64,000 nucleotides of DNA, from positions 7,624-71,623 of IMG/VR virus record IMGVR_UViG_3300042464_000191; one strand, 5' to 3'. Origin of the DNA: a virus. Positions 27,631 through 38,988 of the stretch are shown in pieces (position 1 is the stretch's first letter; every line of letters starts with the position of its first letter). Both the position numbers and the translations under genes were made by a program. Below the pieces are notes generated by a model. It was not told where the DNA came from, did no database searches, and saw nothing but the letters and a program-made list of their open reading frames with translations.

Positions 27631-30600
27631 TATTTTCCTCTGATACTCAGATTAATGGTGTCAGTATTTAATCCTATCCCGCTGGCAGTATACAATATCA
27701 AGCCGGATTCGGAAACAATGGTTGCATCTGGCGTATGCACATAAAGCATCAAGCCGGATGGATCGTTAGAAACGATGTCCATAACACTGCCGGTGTACAT
27801 TCCTAGAGTATTATACACATTTGCTACGTCATCAACATGTGTAAATAAGTTCATATTATTATCAACGTCGATCTTTCCATCTATAAATAGTGGCATAATA
27901 CCGCTATTTTGCGTACCATAAACATATTGACCATTTACCGAAGAAATATAGGGTCTATGGGAAATTAGACCCTTTGACACTGGATCTTGCCCAGATGCTT
28001 CGATAAATATTTCGCCTTGATTGTTAGTGTAAACTATACCGCTGGCAAAATGCTTGAAATTAGCATTATTTTCATTACTAAATCTTAACTGTACCGTTGG
28101 TACTCCAGATTCATTTCGTTCCCCAAAAATCTTTGCATCTATGTAGGCATCTGGGCTTTGAACGGCTGGAGCAACGCCACGTAACATAATATCATATGTA
28201 TATGCCGCACCTGCATATTCTACATATTCATTGTCTACAGATCCACTAGCTGAGTATCCGTGATTCATGGCTCCGATGCCAATAACGTAATCAGAATCTG
28301 ATCTTCTTGCTCTATCTATAGATACTGACCTTCCGAACGCATCGTTTTCACTATAAGCTTGAGCGTTTGCTTTATATCCCTGTGGTACAATTTTCTCTAC
28401 CTTCGTCCATTTTTGTCTCTTAGTGGGCCAATCCACAATCTTGTTTTCAAATGTGAATGCGGCTCCGCGATTAAGTACAGCTATACCACTATTTTCCATT
28501 GATGATCTTATGCCAGAACTTCCTAAATCAATTACGGTTCTGGATGGAATATCAAACTCGGGATTAAAGCACTTTCTTATGAAAGACCCAGAGGCGTAGG
28601 TATTAATGGAATAGTTCTCAAAGTCATGACCGGGAGCGCCAACTAGTAAAATATCTCCATCGATACTAACGTCGTAGCCGAACTGATCGGTTACAAAGCT
28701 ATTAGCAGTTAAAAATTCATCGGTATAACTATTTGTGCCTAACTTAGATTCTGCTTGAGATTCGATACCATTAGTTAAGTCTTGACCAACATTTATATCT
28801 TCTGGTCTAAGCTTCTGAGTAAATTCCCAAGGTACTGTTCTTCCAGCAATTCCACTACCCATATAAGTTTTTTCAAAGATATAAACAGATCCAGCGCCAC
28901 CATTATATGATGCTCTAATTCCAGACTGTGATCCACCTTCGATAAAGTATGACCAAGGCTTGTATTCATTTAAAGAATACGCTGACAGTGGTGATCCAAC
29001 TATTAGTTTATCTCCCTGTAAATCTATAGAGTATCCGAACAAGTCTCCCTTGAAGCCAGACGGAACTCTATCAAAATCCAAGTAATCGTACCCCTTATCT
29101 TTCATAAGTTGTGGCATACCACCTTCTCTACCAGCATCTTCATACATAACACCTTCTATAATTCCACTAAATCTTGGCATAGCGCCAGCTTCAGATGCTA
29201 AAGATATAAATTCTGCAATCTTTGCTCTTTTCTTTCGTTCTACGGTTTCTGGGTCATCAAATTGACTCCAAGGATTATCGGTGCGCTTAACATAAATGGG
29301 GTTGTATAGGGACTCTTTGTCAGTCAAAGATGATAAAGGAGTTTGATTTAAATTACCATTGAATAGGGTTGTTAATCCACTATTTGGAATAACACTATTG
29401 TATCTTATTGGACTTCCTCTTTCTGGAGACATTAATTTGGTTCTTTGATTGAACTGTCTTCCAGAATTTACTCCAGCAAAAAATGTTGGAGGATATAGGC
29501 TTCTTATAAATGCGACGGTATTAGCAGACATTCTTCCTTGATCGTCTACCATGCATCTACCTTGAACCAAACTTGAATCACTGATAACAGTAATTCTAGA
29601 TCTTTCATATCCAGAAGTAAACGAAGATGTTATCTCTTGTTCTTGTGCTGCTACAACTGGTCCGTCTTTAATAAGTTGACCACCCATGCCATTATCTAGG
29701 CATGTTTGTTCATTATTACAATACTTGGTATTGTCATTAGCTAATTCTTGAAACTTGATATTATAGTTTACAATTTCTGGCCTAGCAGCAGATATTAAAT
29801 ATGGTTCCCATCTATCAATAACGTCTTTGGTGGTAAATCTCTGTACTATTGGCATAGCCACGCCAGAAATAGCATGTAGTCTAATAGAGTGTGGTCTATA
29901 ATCTATATTAGTATTATCTATAGCATAGTTGTTATATAGGTAAATTGAAATACTTGTAGCACCAGCAGTTGCTTGACAATTAATTGTTTGAGTCTTTATT
30001 TTGTTGTTGGAGTCATTTCGTAGTTCGCCAACAAATCCAATGCTTGCTGTCTCAACCACAAACTTTGTTTCACTATCTGGAGGAGTATCATATATACTTG
30101 AATCTAAACCACTATTTAAATCTGGAAATGGAGACTTGGGGTTGGATCCAACATTGCTAATAGAAAAGTATAGTGGTCGATTTTCTGAAGGTAATTCAGA
30201 CACTGTGTCAATGAAAATCTTATAACCAGAACCCTCTACAACCGGGAATGTAACCTTTGTTACTCCGGTTCTCATCTTCCAATATCCTAGCGTATCATAC
30301 TTTGTATCATATATTGGTACATTATTAGCACAAACATTAACTGCATTTTCTCCTAAAGCCAATGGAACATAGTTAACAGTTCCATTATAAGAAAATACGT
30401 CTATGGACGAGTTGACATTAAAGCCTTGAGAAATAAATGTATTGCCATTGAACAGTAGAGATCTAGCACTAGCACTGGCATATTTATTATCGACATTGAG
30501 ATACAGTGGTTTAATATTGCAGAAATTGCTAAGTAAAGATGCTATGAAATTCATCTTAATATCGATTTCATTTTCTATTAAACTATCAGTATTATATGTT

Positions 30601-33600
30601 ATTACTAATCTCTTGTTGCCAAAATTTAACCAATTAAATAGATCTAATAGTTCTGTTTGATTTGGTAGATTAGTTGGATCGGCTATCCAGCATACATCAT
30701 CTGTAGAATATAGCTTGTTAGCATATCTGACTTCATTACCAGTATTCGTGAATAGCTCTGCTAAAATAGAATCTGGATCAGCATCTGTAAAAGATGATCT
30801 TCCTGTCCAAGTGCCAGATCCTAAGAAAGCAACTAAAGATTCGCCATACCTTGTTCTTGCAACAGTATTTACATAGAAGTTAAGATTTTCGTCTCCCGTT
30901 CCAGAATATACAGCGGATTCAGATTCTGTTTTTGTTCCAGCAATGACAATGATTCTTGATGATGTGTTATTGAATTGTTGCGTAGCGCAATATACGCCAT
31001 TTTCAGCAACCATCTGACGAGAAGTAATTAATCTTTCATCAGAAATGGCTTTTCCTTGTAAGACTGATTGTCTATCTGCAAATTGTTCTGGCTCAAAAAA
31101 TACGCCAGCGGATTGATTATTACCGATATTGGTATTTAAAGAAATATAGTTATTACCACTGGCACTCCAATAGAACTGTGTGCCACTAGCCATATTGCCT
31201 TCGTCGAAAACATCTATGGTTCGATCAAATACTGTCTTGTAAATTGGATAATATCCAGATGAGTCTGGAGTAGCTGGTATAACAGTTTTTTCAACAATAT
31301 AGTCAGCGGTCGATAGAATTGGAATTGGTTCAAATCCGGGTAGATCAAATCTATCCTCATCCTCAATTGGTTCGCAGCAAGACGGTTCGAATGTTTTGAA
31401 TACATAAGGCCAGTTAACTGGATAAGTTAGCGGATATCCTCTGCAATCGGCGCAATAATCTTTCCATTCGGCTCTTAAGTCGCCATTGTGAACAAGTGGT
31501 AATTCGCATTTAGTATTTACTAATGCCCCCGGCTCACCATCATAACTAGGATATCGTCTATCGCAAGGCATGTATCGATAATAATCCGGCATATGCATAC
31601 GAATATCACCAACGCCATAACCCTTAAGTGGAACACCATAAGTAAATGTTGATGTGATACGTTCCGGCTTAGTAGATGGTATAATGTGTCCTTCTACCAT
31701 ACAGCCAGAAACCAGAGCTTCATATTGATTTCTTGCTCCGTGAATACGCATCCTAGACTTTAATCTATCTAGAATTTTATTGATGATCTCGTTAGACTTA
31801 GCATATATGCCATCTTTTTCCCAAACAGGATCATTGCCAACTAATACTAGATTTCTATCACCAAGAGCAAGCCATTGTGCGATATTATCACCAACTTCTT
31901 CACTCAATGCATCTACTTCTGGAGTAATGATAAAGGCTAGTCCAGCATCCTGTGGAATATCTACTTCTGTAAACTCTGTCTTTCTGAAATTTTTATCAGA
32001 GAATATACCACTTAAGTAATTAAAGTGACCAGAATCAATTGGATCATTCAAGCTTTCTTGTAGATTACCAAACTTAGTATATTCTACAACTGAATTATGA
32101 GGGTAGTATTTGCGAGATTCAAATACGCGAACCGCACCGGCGTTGACATAAGACTTCCAAGTTGGATGAACATTACCAGTATTTAGATTGTAAATATTGT
32201 TTGGATCATCGTATCCATCATTCTTGTAGTATATATTGTTATCTTCCCACTCGTTTGTGCTATCAGTTGGCGCGCCGAAAGCAACAATACTGCCATCTTC
32301 ATTGACGGCTGTACTATATCCAAGTCGTGATGTAGGAACAAATCTTTCGGTAATAAAGTCCCAAGTACCAATAGAAGAAATATCTCCATATCCATAAGAT
32401 AAGATATTTTGATATTCTTGAATATTTAGATATTTTCTTGCTTCAAATTTTTCTGTTGATGTTAGGCTAACATATAATTCTTGTCCAGCAACTATTGCCC
32501 CACGGTTTTGAATAGTTGTATTATAGATTTCTTTTAGGTTCGTGTATCTAGAATCTAAACCGCCAGTGGCAGAGATTTTATAATCAAGCCACCTAGAAAT
32601 AGTTTGATAAAGTCGCTGCTTTTCTGCGGATTTATATTCATAGACCCTACAAGAATCTGAAATATATGGCGATCCTACGGCGATAACTTCAGCATTATCA
32701 CTAATAGAAACAGAGTGTCCGAATCTATCTGGAATACCATAAGCGGTGATGGGTGTAGGAATTTCTTGTGTAAGATTCCAAGAGCCACTTTCTTTTTCAA
32801 ACACATATACTCTACCACCGCTATCTGGTGGGAAATTAAATTGTGTGAGATTTGGGTTAAAGTATTGTTCTCCAACCCCAGATGTTAGGAATCTAACTTG
32901 ATCATTAGCAACTAATCTTCCTGTATCTAAAACATGGTCGAGAATATCTATACTCATTGACACCCAATTTTCGGCAGCGCCAAAGTTTGGAGTAAATTCT
33001 GAAAATGCTCCAGATGCTGGTGTGTTATAGAAATCTTTCAATCCACTAGCAAAGCTATATTCTTTGTAGTATTGGATGAATTGATCTATTGCTGGAGAAA
33101 GAGCATCCCTACCCAATGACCTTGAATTATCTACATATAATCCAAGAATAACTGGGATATTGTTGTTTAATTTAGTCTCATCAATCGGGAAAGCTTTATG
33201 AAACGCTTCCTTGATTCCACTCAAACATTTTGCAGTCTGAGAAATAAATAGATCCGATCCCGGTCTACCTTGATTTCGGCTAACTTTTTGCTTGATTATA
33301 AAGTTGGGCTTGGGATCTGGAAAATCTGGCGTGGTTCTATTGGTAGAATCAGCGATTGGCTCGCATATTATTAGCTTTACATCAAAATTAATTGGTGGAT
33401 TTGCGAAGTATTTGTATAGTATATCTTTATTGCGAATACTAGATAGTACAGTCCTGTAATCTGTTGTGTTTTGACCGGTGCCATATGATGGTGCGAACTC
33501 GTCTGTGAAAATCACTAATCCAATCTGCACCCCAGATGTTTGTATACCTTCGAATGTTCTGCTCCACTTGGCGTTTGGCCCACCAACAACCAGAACCTGT

Positions 33601-36600
33601 CTTGAATCTTCTCCAAGTGACTTTTCACCGGATGTAGATAAAGCTAAATCCAAAGAATGTCCAAGTTGTCTTCCTTCTTGACCAACTGTCCAATACCTTT
33701 CTTTGGCTGGTAATGGTAAAGATACATTATCAATAGAATACTTTTCTACTTCTCTGTAATAATCTTTGATAAAGCCAGATGGTAATGTTAATTTAGTCTC
33801 TAGTTTCCAATCGGACTTGTCTTGTCCAGAGGGCCAAGTATAAGATGTTGGCCTTGGATCTCTCTTGTAAATAAATACCGCACCGGCTTCTTCAAGATTA
33901 TAAGACTGTTCACCATCATCATAAGAAATTGAATGAAATGGAGCGCCAACGGCCATAACATCTCGTTTAATGGCAACAGATTTTCCAAACTTGTCATTGG
34001 CTTGTCTATAATCATCTCCAAATTTATCGGCAACTAATTTGATTCCAGAGTAATCTACTGATTCATTAGTGCCATATTCCATCTCAATGAATTCAACTGG
34101 AAGAGGGACGCTTTCATTATTTCCTGTTTGTCCGTCAACAATTATTTGATATGGTGAATTTGGTAATAGTCCAGTATATTTTCTAATACCGTAGAAGTGA
34201 CCGCTATATCCTATTTCAGTCTTGAATCCACTTGCTTCAAGATTAGTATAAGTATTTTTTGCTCTAAAAATTCCACCATCTATGCAAGAATATGGAACAC
34301 TCCATAGCTGCTCATGCATATAAACGCTATCTTCTTTGCAGGCATGGCTACTGTTGCAGTTTCCATAGCATAATAAATCTACGCCGCGAATTTCATCATT
34401 AGCTTCTAAGAAAGCGTAGTCATTATCATCGACATTGATGTTTGAGCCGGTATTGTCGGAATCCCATACTATAGCCTGTCTAGCACCAAACACTTGATTA
34501 AATGGGCTATAGTTTATAGTAAATAGATTACATGTTCCACTTGCAAATGTGCGTGGCTCAACAGTATTAATATATAACCTAAGTACATTGTCACCGCCGT
34601 CATATGTATAAGCAATTGATCCGGCTGGCTGTGTCTCTAAATGTAATGGTAAAGAACCCTTTGCAAACACTGACGAAAGCTGTGGAGAAGCTGTCAATGA
34701 GAAATTTAAAGATGCATTATTGAAATCAGTCTGAATAATATTTTGAGTAAATAATCTTAGAGATCCACTAGCAGACTGACTAGTGATATCATTAATAGTA
34801 ACAAGTGGTAGTATTTCATCGTTGAATTTATTGCTCCTACCAGCAACATACAGATTCGGTCCAAGATAATATTCTGATCCAAAGAAATCGCCAAAATTGC
34901 CGCCACCGGTTGAACTATCTAGTGATGATTTGTTGAATGTAACTAATCTTAGACTTGAACTGTCATAATATGCACCAGATGCAAACAAATTAAATACAGA
35001 AGAAGATACTGGTAGGTAATCTCCTTCTACGAAAAGGTCAAAGTTGGTAGAGTAAATACCATAGGTATCAACAAACAAATTAAGATTGTCTAGCCATTTC
35101 TTTTCACCACTGGTACTCAATCCTAGTTGAGTATTGTGATCCTGCGAGGTCAGTAAAGCATTTTCTAAACGAACATTGGCGGTGTGTATTTTGATTATCG
35201 ATTCAAATGGAGAGCCAGATGGATATACTAAATCATACTGCAAGAACATATCATTTATATCCTTGGAGTAGTATTTTTCAGTAAATTCAGTCACATTCCT
35301 TTCTGGGTCAAAATTAGCCCACGGCTCTGACTTATCAAACAAATCACCGGGAGTAAATGTACTACTTATTTTTTGCCAACATCCAGATGGTTCCAAGAAA
35401 TGGATGGAGCGATTAATTAAACCCCAATTTTTCTTGCTTGGTCTATCTGTTGGATTTTGATTTGTAGTATATAAACTAACAATTACCTTTGGACCGATCT
35501 TACCATCGTTCCATACAATATTATTGTATGTGTCATGTTGTAAAACCGTATCTACAACTATAGCATCTTCAACAAACTCATATCCTCTTGGTAAGGTCTT
35601 AGAGATTCTTGGATGTGCCGAGTAAAATCTAGAATTGTTCTCAGAATCCTCTACGTTATCTAGATAGAATCTTAAGAAATCATTCTCTATTTGGGTATGA
35701 TATGCCAAGCCGGAAGCGTAGACGTTGGATGGCAGCGGTTGATTTGTAATATCAGAGTATGGTCTGCCATCGTGCTTAAGTCTATGGATTATGAAATCCT
35801 TACCTTCTCGCTTTGTAAAACCATCAAAGTCTGCCGAGAAAGAACAAATTTTAAAGTCACCAAGCTTCCAAGAAGAAATATCTTCATCAATATAAGAATG
35901 TAATTCGTAGTTTGATCGCAAGAAACTATAAGCAGTTGTTTGCTTTAAATATCTATCGGGATTTGAATGTACAATATTCCCACTTGTAGATACGCCTACT
36001 TCGTGAACAAATATATTTGAATTTATTAATGTTGTATTATTGTATCCTATTATAAGATCGCCTGTGCTATCTACTAAATTAATGGGGCCAATAGATAAAA
36101 TATCTATAACATCACCATTTGCTGAAGCAGCATAAAGACGTATAATACCACTCGGGTTTTTATCATATGTGAATAGCAACGATAAAGGATATTGGTAATT
36201 ATCATATTCTTGACCATAATCCGCGTATATATTGAGATTTTCATCAACTGCGGAAATATATAATCTATTATCTTGACTTCCATCAAAGCCAACAATTATA
36301 CCGGCGTTGGTAAAACTTTGCACTTTAGATATTAATAGATTATCTCCAGTATTATAATCAACACCCGGAGTGAAGTTGAGATAAATTGCAAATCCATTAT
36401 CGATTGAGATATTTCTAAAATTTATATTGTCAATGCCAGATAAAGCAATCGCTGAATCAAATGAGTCGATCAAGTGTCCATATAGTGGGTTATCGTCTTG
36501 TGTCCAATCTATAGTAGTATAGTCTGTTGGATTGCTAAATAACTGTGTGTTACTGAATCTCCATCCTAAATTTTTGAGAATATTGTTCGACCCAGTGTAA

Positions 36601-38972
36601 TAACCACTGTTTGCAAAATCGCTAGATATAATCCAGTTTCCACTTGAATTAGTGAAATCATAATAACCGTTTAAGAATGGGTGGTTCGCTTCTGGATTGA
36701 AGAAGGAAAAATCAAATTGATTGGGGTTGTATGGACCATTTACAATATTGCCATCTACGCCTCTCCATCTTCTAGCGTAGTTATTCTTGGACTCTACTGT
36801 AAATGCACTTGGTATATTTTCGATTAATAATGATTCTGAATCAAATATTGGATCAGATATTTTCTTAGGAGATGGCTTTAGATTGATAGTTCTTAAAGCA
36901 ATATCTGTGGCTATAGGTCTACCAAATGTAGAGAGCATTAGACCATTTGCGGGCTTGTATGTTATAACAAGCTGTGCTGTAGCAATGGTTGCTCCACTTG
37001 GAAGTGGATATAGATCTAAATATAGATTCTCAAAATATGAGCTATTGGAATAGTCGATAGAACTTCCTACGTCAACATTATCTTTATAAATAGCTAGGGG
37101 TATTGTGTATTCTTGAAATTGAATGCTGTTTACTACTGGCGTACTTGATAAAGCATAGTGATCTTTAGCTGGATTAAGTGTGATATCACGCACATAGTAT
37201 TGTGATTTATCGCTAAGTGTTTCAGATGATATACCTAAGTCATCAATGTGTTTAAATCCAGACACATCTGGAACATCTCCATTTTGAGATTCTGAATTTT
37301 GTAAGAAAGCCCCAATTTTAGGAGTAATATTGAGCAAACCATCATCGCTATAACCAACAACATCTAAGGCATAATCACGACTACCAACAGCTTTCTTAGC
37401 TATTACCTTGAGTGAAATATCTTGGATAGTAAAGAAGTGATCAACTTGTTCAAGGGATTGAAGTCTAGCAACATCGAACTGATTTTTTCTTCCAAATGCG
37501 AACGGGCCTTCTGAATATCCGGTTACATTTCTTGGTGAGCTATGTCCAAACTTTAATGTTAATCTTCCACTATCATTAAGTGGTGTGCTATTAATAAGTG
37601 TCACATAATCGTATATAGCTGTGTTCTGTAATTTTGATGCCAAGTATTTACTACCACTAGCAGAAGTGTTATAAGCAGTATTATCAAAGGAATCTGGAGA
37701 AGATTCCCATAAGCTATATGTTTCTGGATATACATCAATATCTTCATTGTATTGAATAACATCAATGGGTACTAGATTTCGGGTTAATAAAAGACCCTCT
37801 TGATTGATTTCGGTGACTACTGGTAAATAAGCATTTCTGACGATGCCAAAGCCGCCACTATTAGCAATTTCAATAGCAGAAATACGAATAGCATTATCTG
37901 GATTAAGCGAAAAATTTTGGGTTTGAGTTGATAGCGGCGACCCGTCTACTGATAGATAGTCATTATTACTAGCAAGCAATACATCTATCTTGCATGTATC
38001 TTCGTATCCCTTATCAAACCCTTCTGCGAATGGATCGTCTAAACACTGAATATTAAAATCAATATTGAGTGTATATCCGCTAGCTTCCTCCATGAGAGGA
38101 TAGTTATCTTCCCAAGTATTTAGAAGTAGATTGTTGATCTCTGGTTCAGAAATATATGTTGTAAAGTTTACATAGTCTTTGGAGTAATCGGCATCTCCGC
38201 GAATAACTATATCCTTATATTTAATGATCAGATTACCAGATGGATCTTCTAACCTAATATTATGTAATCTATACTGTGGTGGAATATCAGAAAAATATGT
38301 TGATACTGGCGCAGCGGCTCTTATGAATAAGAAACTATTTTCAGCATGGAATAAAGGCGTAGTAACTTCGCACTTATATCTAAAGTTTCCACTAGTAAAC
38401 ACAGATGACGGTTGTATAAACGAATCTTTTTCATCAGATATAGTTTTGCCACTTTTACCATGCTTTGTGAAGTTTCCAATGCTAACGCCCTCATCGATGT
38501 TTGTATAAAGCTCTGATTGATTAGAGTACTTATCTACAAAGAAACTATTATTTAATGAAGATGAGATATCTTGAATGGGATATAGTTTTTCTGATGCTAT
38601 GAAATTATCAAAGCTATTGATTTGAGTTAAATATCCACCAAATTTTTCTGTCTTTACATCATCGATCTCTGAGCTTGATTGTACTCTTGCTCTGATAACG
38701 CCTTTAACTTGAAGTTTGGCACGAATATTTCCTTCGGCAGATTCTGATAAATCAAATAAGCCGTGGGATAATAGATATTTGCCTTTGAGTTTTGATACTC
38801 CAGCAACTTTGGCCTTCACTCCCGGCCTTAATGAGTTACTTGGATTTATGTCACTATTTCCAGCGATTCTTATATATGGATTGCTGGTGACTGTGGCTCT
38901 GGCGGTAAACTTACTAACGCCAGATGTTCTAGACGAATGTCTAGTTGTGCAAAGTAAACAAATATCAGACAT
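27630..38972 (-). CDS. Giant (~3780 aa) virion adhesin: LamG-like domain, LxLF/Y repeats, seven FG-GAP repeats with inserted domains
   Basis: FGKSVAI..VGAP, LGHSLDL..VGGP, FGHSVSI..VGSP, LGYSTAV..FGAP, FGYSIDL..VGSP, FGYDVSI..VGAP, FGRSVSI..IGAM, most followed by G(A/S/R)(V/A)(Y/F/R)xF/Y; start probably ATG 38972. Confidence 0.8.
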   Translation of the reverse strand: MSDICLLCTTRHSSRTSGVSKFTARATVTSNPYIRIAGNSDINPSNSLRPGVKAKVAGVSKLKGKYLLSHGLFDLSESAEGNIRAKLQVKGVIRARVQSSSEIDDVKTEKFGGYLTQINSFDNFIASEKLYPIQDISSSLNNSFFVDKYSNQSELYTNIDEGVSIGNFTKHGKSGKTISDEKDSFIQPSSVFTSGNFRYKCEVTTPLFHAENSFLFIRAAAPVSTYFSDIPPQYRLHNIRLEDPSGNLIIKYKDIVIRGDADYSKDYVNFTTYISEPEINNLLLNTWEDNYPLMEEASGYTLNIDFNIQCLDDPFAEGFDKGYEDTCKIDVLLASNNDYLSVDGSPLSTQTQNFSLNPDNAIRISAIEIANSGGFGIVRNAYLPVVTEINQEGLLLTRNLVPIDVIQYNEDIDVYPETYSLWESSPDSFDNTAYNTSASGSKYLASKLQNTAIYDYVTLINSTPLNDSGRLTLKFGHSSPRNVTGYSEGPFAFGRKNQFDVARLQSLEQVDHFFTIQDISLKVIAKKAVGSRDYALDVVGYSDDGLLNITPKIGAFLQNSESQNGDVPDVSGFKHIDDLGISSETLSDKSQYYVRDITLNPAKDHYALSSTPVVNSIQFQEYTIPLAIYKDNVDVGSSIDYSNSSYFENLYLDLYPLPSGATIATAQLVITYKPANGLMLSTFGRPIATDIALRTINLKPSPKKISDPIFDSESLLIENIPSAFTVESKNNYARRWRGVDGNIVNGPYNPNQFDFSFFNPEANHPFLNGYYDFTNSSGNWIISSDFANSGYYTGSNNILKNLGWRFSNTQLFSNPTDYTTIDWTQDDNPLYGHLIDSFDSAIALSGIDNINFRNISIDNGFAIYLNFTPGVDYNTGDNLLISKVQSFTNAGIIVGFDGSQDNRLYISAVDENLNIYADYGQEYDNYQYPLSLLFTYDKNPSGIIRLYAASANGDVIDILSIGPINLVDSTGDLIIGYNNTTLINSNIFVHEVGVSTSGNIVHSNPDRYLKQTTAYSFLRSNYELHSYIDEDISSWKLGDFKICSFSADFDGFTKREGKDFIIHRLKHDGRPYSDITNQPLPSNVYASGLAYHTQIENDFLRFYLDNVEDSENNSRFYSAHPRISKTLPRGYEFVEDAIVVDTVLQHDTYNNIVWNDGKIGPKVIVSLYTTNQNPTDRPSKKNWGLINRSIHFLEPSGCWQKISSTFTPGDLFDKSEPWANFDPERNVTEFTEKYYSKDINDMFLQYDLVYPSGSPFESIIKIHTANVRLENALLTSQDHNTQLGLSTSGEKKWLDNLNLFVDTYGIYSTNFDLFVEGDYLPVSSSVFNLFASGAYYDSSSLRLVTFNKSSLDSSTGGGNFGDFFGSEYYLGPNLYVAGRSNKFNDEILPLVTINDITSQSASGSLRLFTQNIIQTDFNNASLNFSLTASPQLSSVFAKGSLPLHLETQPAGSIAYTYDGGDNVLRLYINTVEPRTFASGTCNLFTINYSPFNQVFGARQAIVWDSDNTGSNINVDDNDYAFLEANDEIRGVDLLCYGNCNSSHACKEDSVYMHEQLWSVPYSCIDGGIFRAKNTYTNLEASGFKTEIGYSGHFYGIRKYTGLLPNSPYQIIVDGQTGNNESVPLPVEFIEMEYGTNESVDYSGIKLVADKFGDDYRQANDKFGKSVAIKRDVMAVGAPFHSISYDDGEQSYNLEEAGAVFIYKRDPRPTSYTWPSGQDKSDWKLETKLTLPSGFIKDYYREVEKYSIDNVSLPLPAKERYWTVGQEGRQLGHSLDLALSTSGEKSLGEDSRQVLVVGGPNAKWSRTFEGIQTSGVQIGLVIFTDEFAPSYGTGQNTTDYRTVLSSIRNKDILYKYFANPPINFDVKLIICEPIADSTNRTTPDFPDPKPNFIIKQKVSRNQGRPGSDLFISQTAKCLSGIKEAFHKAFPIDETKLNNNIPVILGLYVDNSRSLGRDALSPAIDQFIQYYKEYSFASGLKDFYNTPASGAFSEFTPNFGAAENWVSMSIDILDHVLDTGRLVANDQVRFLTSGVGEQYFNPNLTQFNFPPDSGGRVYVFEKESGSWNLTQEIPTPITAYGIPDRFGHSVSISDNAEVIAVGSPYISDSCRVYEYKSAEKQRLYQTISRWLDYKISATGGLDSRYTNLKEIYNTTIQNRGAIVAGQELYVSLTSTEKFEARKYLNIQEYQNILSYGYGDISSIGTWDFITERFVPTSRLGYSTAVNEDGSIVAFGAPTDSTNEWEDNNIYYKNDGYDDPNNIYNLNTGNVHPTWKSYVNAGAVRVFESRKYYPHNSVVEYTKFGNLQESLNDPIDSGHFNYLSGIFSDKNFRKTEFTEVDIPQDAGLAFIITPEVDALSEEVGDNIAQWLALGDRNLVLVGNDPVWEKDGIYAKSNEIINKILDRLKSRMRIHGARNQYEALVSGCMVEGHIIPSTKPERITSTFTYGVPLKGYGVGDIRMHMPDYYRYMPCDRRYPSYDGEPGALVNTKCELPLVHNGDLRAEWKDYCADCRGYPLTYPVNWPYVFKTFEPSCCEPIEDEDRFDLPGFEPIPILSTADYIVEKTVIPATPDSSGYYPIYKTVFDRTIDVFDEGNMASGTQFYWSASGNNYISLNTNIGNNQSAGVFFEPEQFADRQSVLQGKAISDERLITSRQMVAENGVYCATQQFNNTSSRIIVIAGTKTESESAVYSGTGDENLNFYVNTVARTRYGESLVAFLGSGTWTGRSSFTDADPDSILAELFTNTGNEVRYANKLYSTDDVCWIADPTNLPNQTELLDLFNWLNFGNKRLVITYNTDSLIENEIDIKMNFIASLLSNFCNIKPLYLNVDNKYASASARSLLFNGNTFISQGFNVNSSIDVFSYNGTVNYVPLALGENAVNVCANNVPIYDTKYDTLGYWKMRTGVTKVTFPVVEGSGYKIFIDTVSELPSENRPLYFSISNVGSNPKSPFPDLNSGLDSSIYDTPPDSETKFVVETASIGFVGELRNDSNNKIKTQTINCQATAGATSISIYLYNNYAIDNTNIDYRPHSIRLHAISGVAMPIVQRFTTKDVIDRWEPYLISAARPEIVNYNIKFQELANDNTKYCNNEQTCLDNGMGGQLIKDGPVVAAQEQEITSSFTSGYERSRITVISDSSLVQGRCMVDDQGRMSANTVAFIRSLYPPTFFAGVNSGRQFNQRTKLMSPERGSPIRYNSVIPNSGLTTLFNGNLNQTPLSSLTDKESLYNPIYVKRTDNPWSQFDDPETVERKKRAKIAEFISLASEAGAMPRFSGIIEGVMYEDAGREGGMPQLMKDKGYDYLDFDRVPSGFKGDLFGYSIDLQGDKLIVGSPLSAYSLNEYKPWSYFIEGGSQSGIRASYNGGAGSVYIFEKTYMGSGIAGRTVPWEFTQKLRPEDINVGQDLTNGIESQAESKLGTNSYTDEFLTANSFVTDQFGYDVSIDGDILLVGAPGHDFENYSINTYASGSFIRKCFNPEFDIPSRTVIDLGSSGIRSSMENSGIAVLNRGAAFTFENKIVDWPTKRQKWTKVEKIVPQGYKANAQAYSENDAFGRSVSIDRARRSDSDYVIGIGAMNHGYSASGSVDNEYVEYAGAAYTYDIMLRGVAPAVQSPDAYIDAKIFGERNESGVPTVQLRFSNENNANFKHFASGIVYTNNQGEIFIEASGQDPVSKGLISHRPYISSVNGQYVYGTQNSGIMPLFIDGKIDVDNNMNLFTHVDDVANVYNTLGMYTGSVMDIVSNDPSGLMLYVHTPDATIVSESGLILYTASGIGLNTDTINLSIRGK

Positions 38973-38988
38973 ATTTAATCCATTAATA

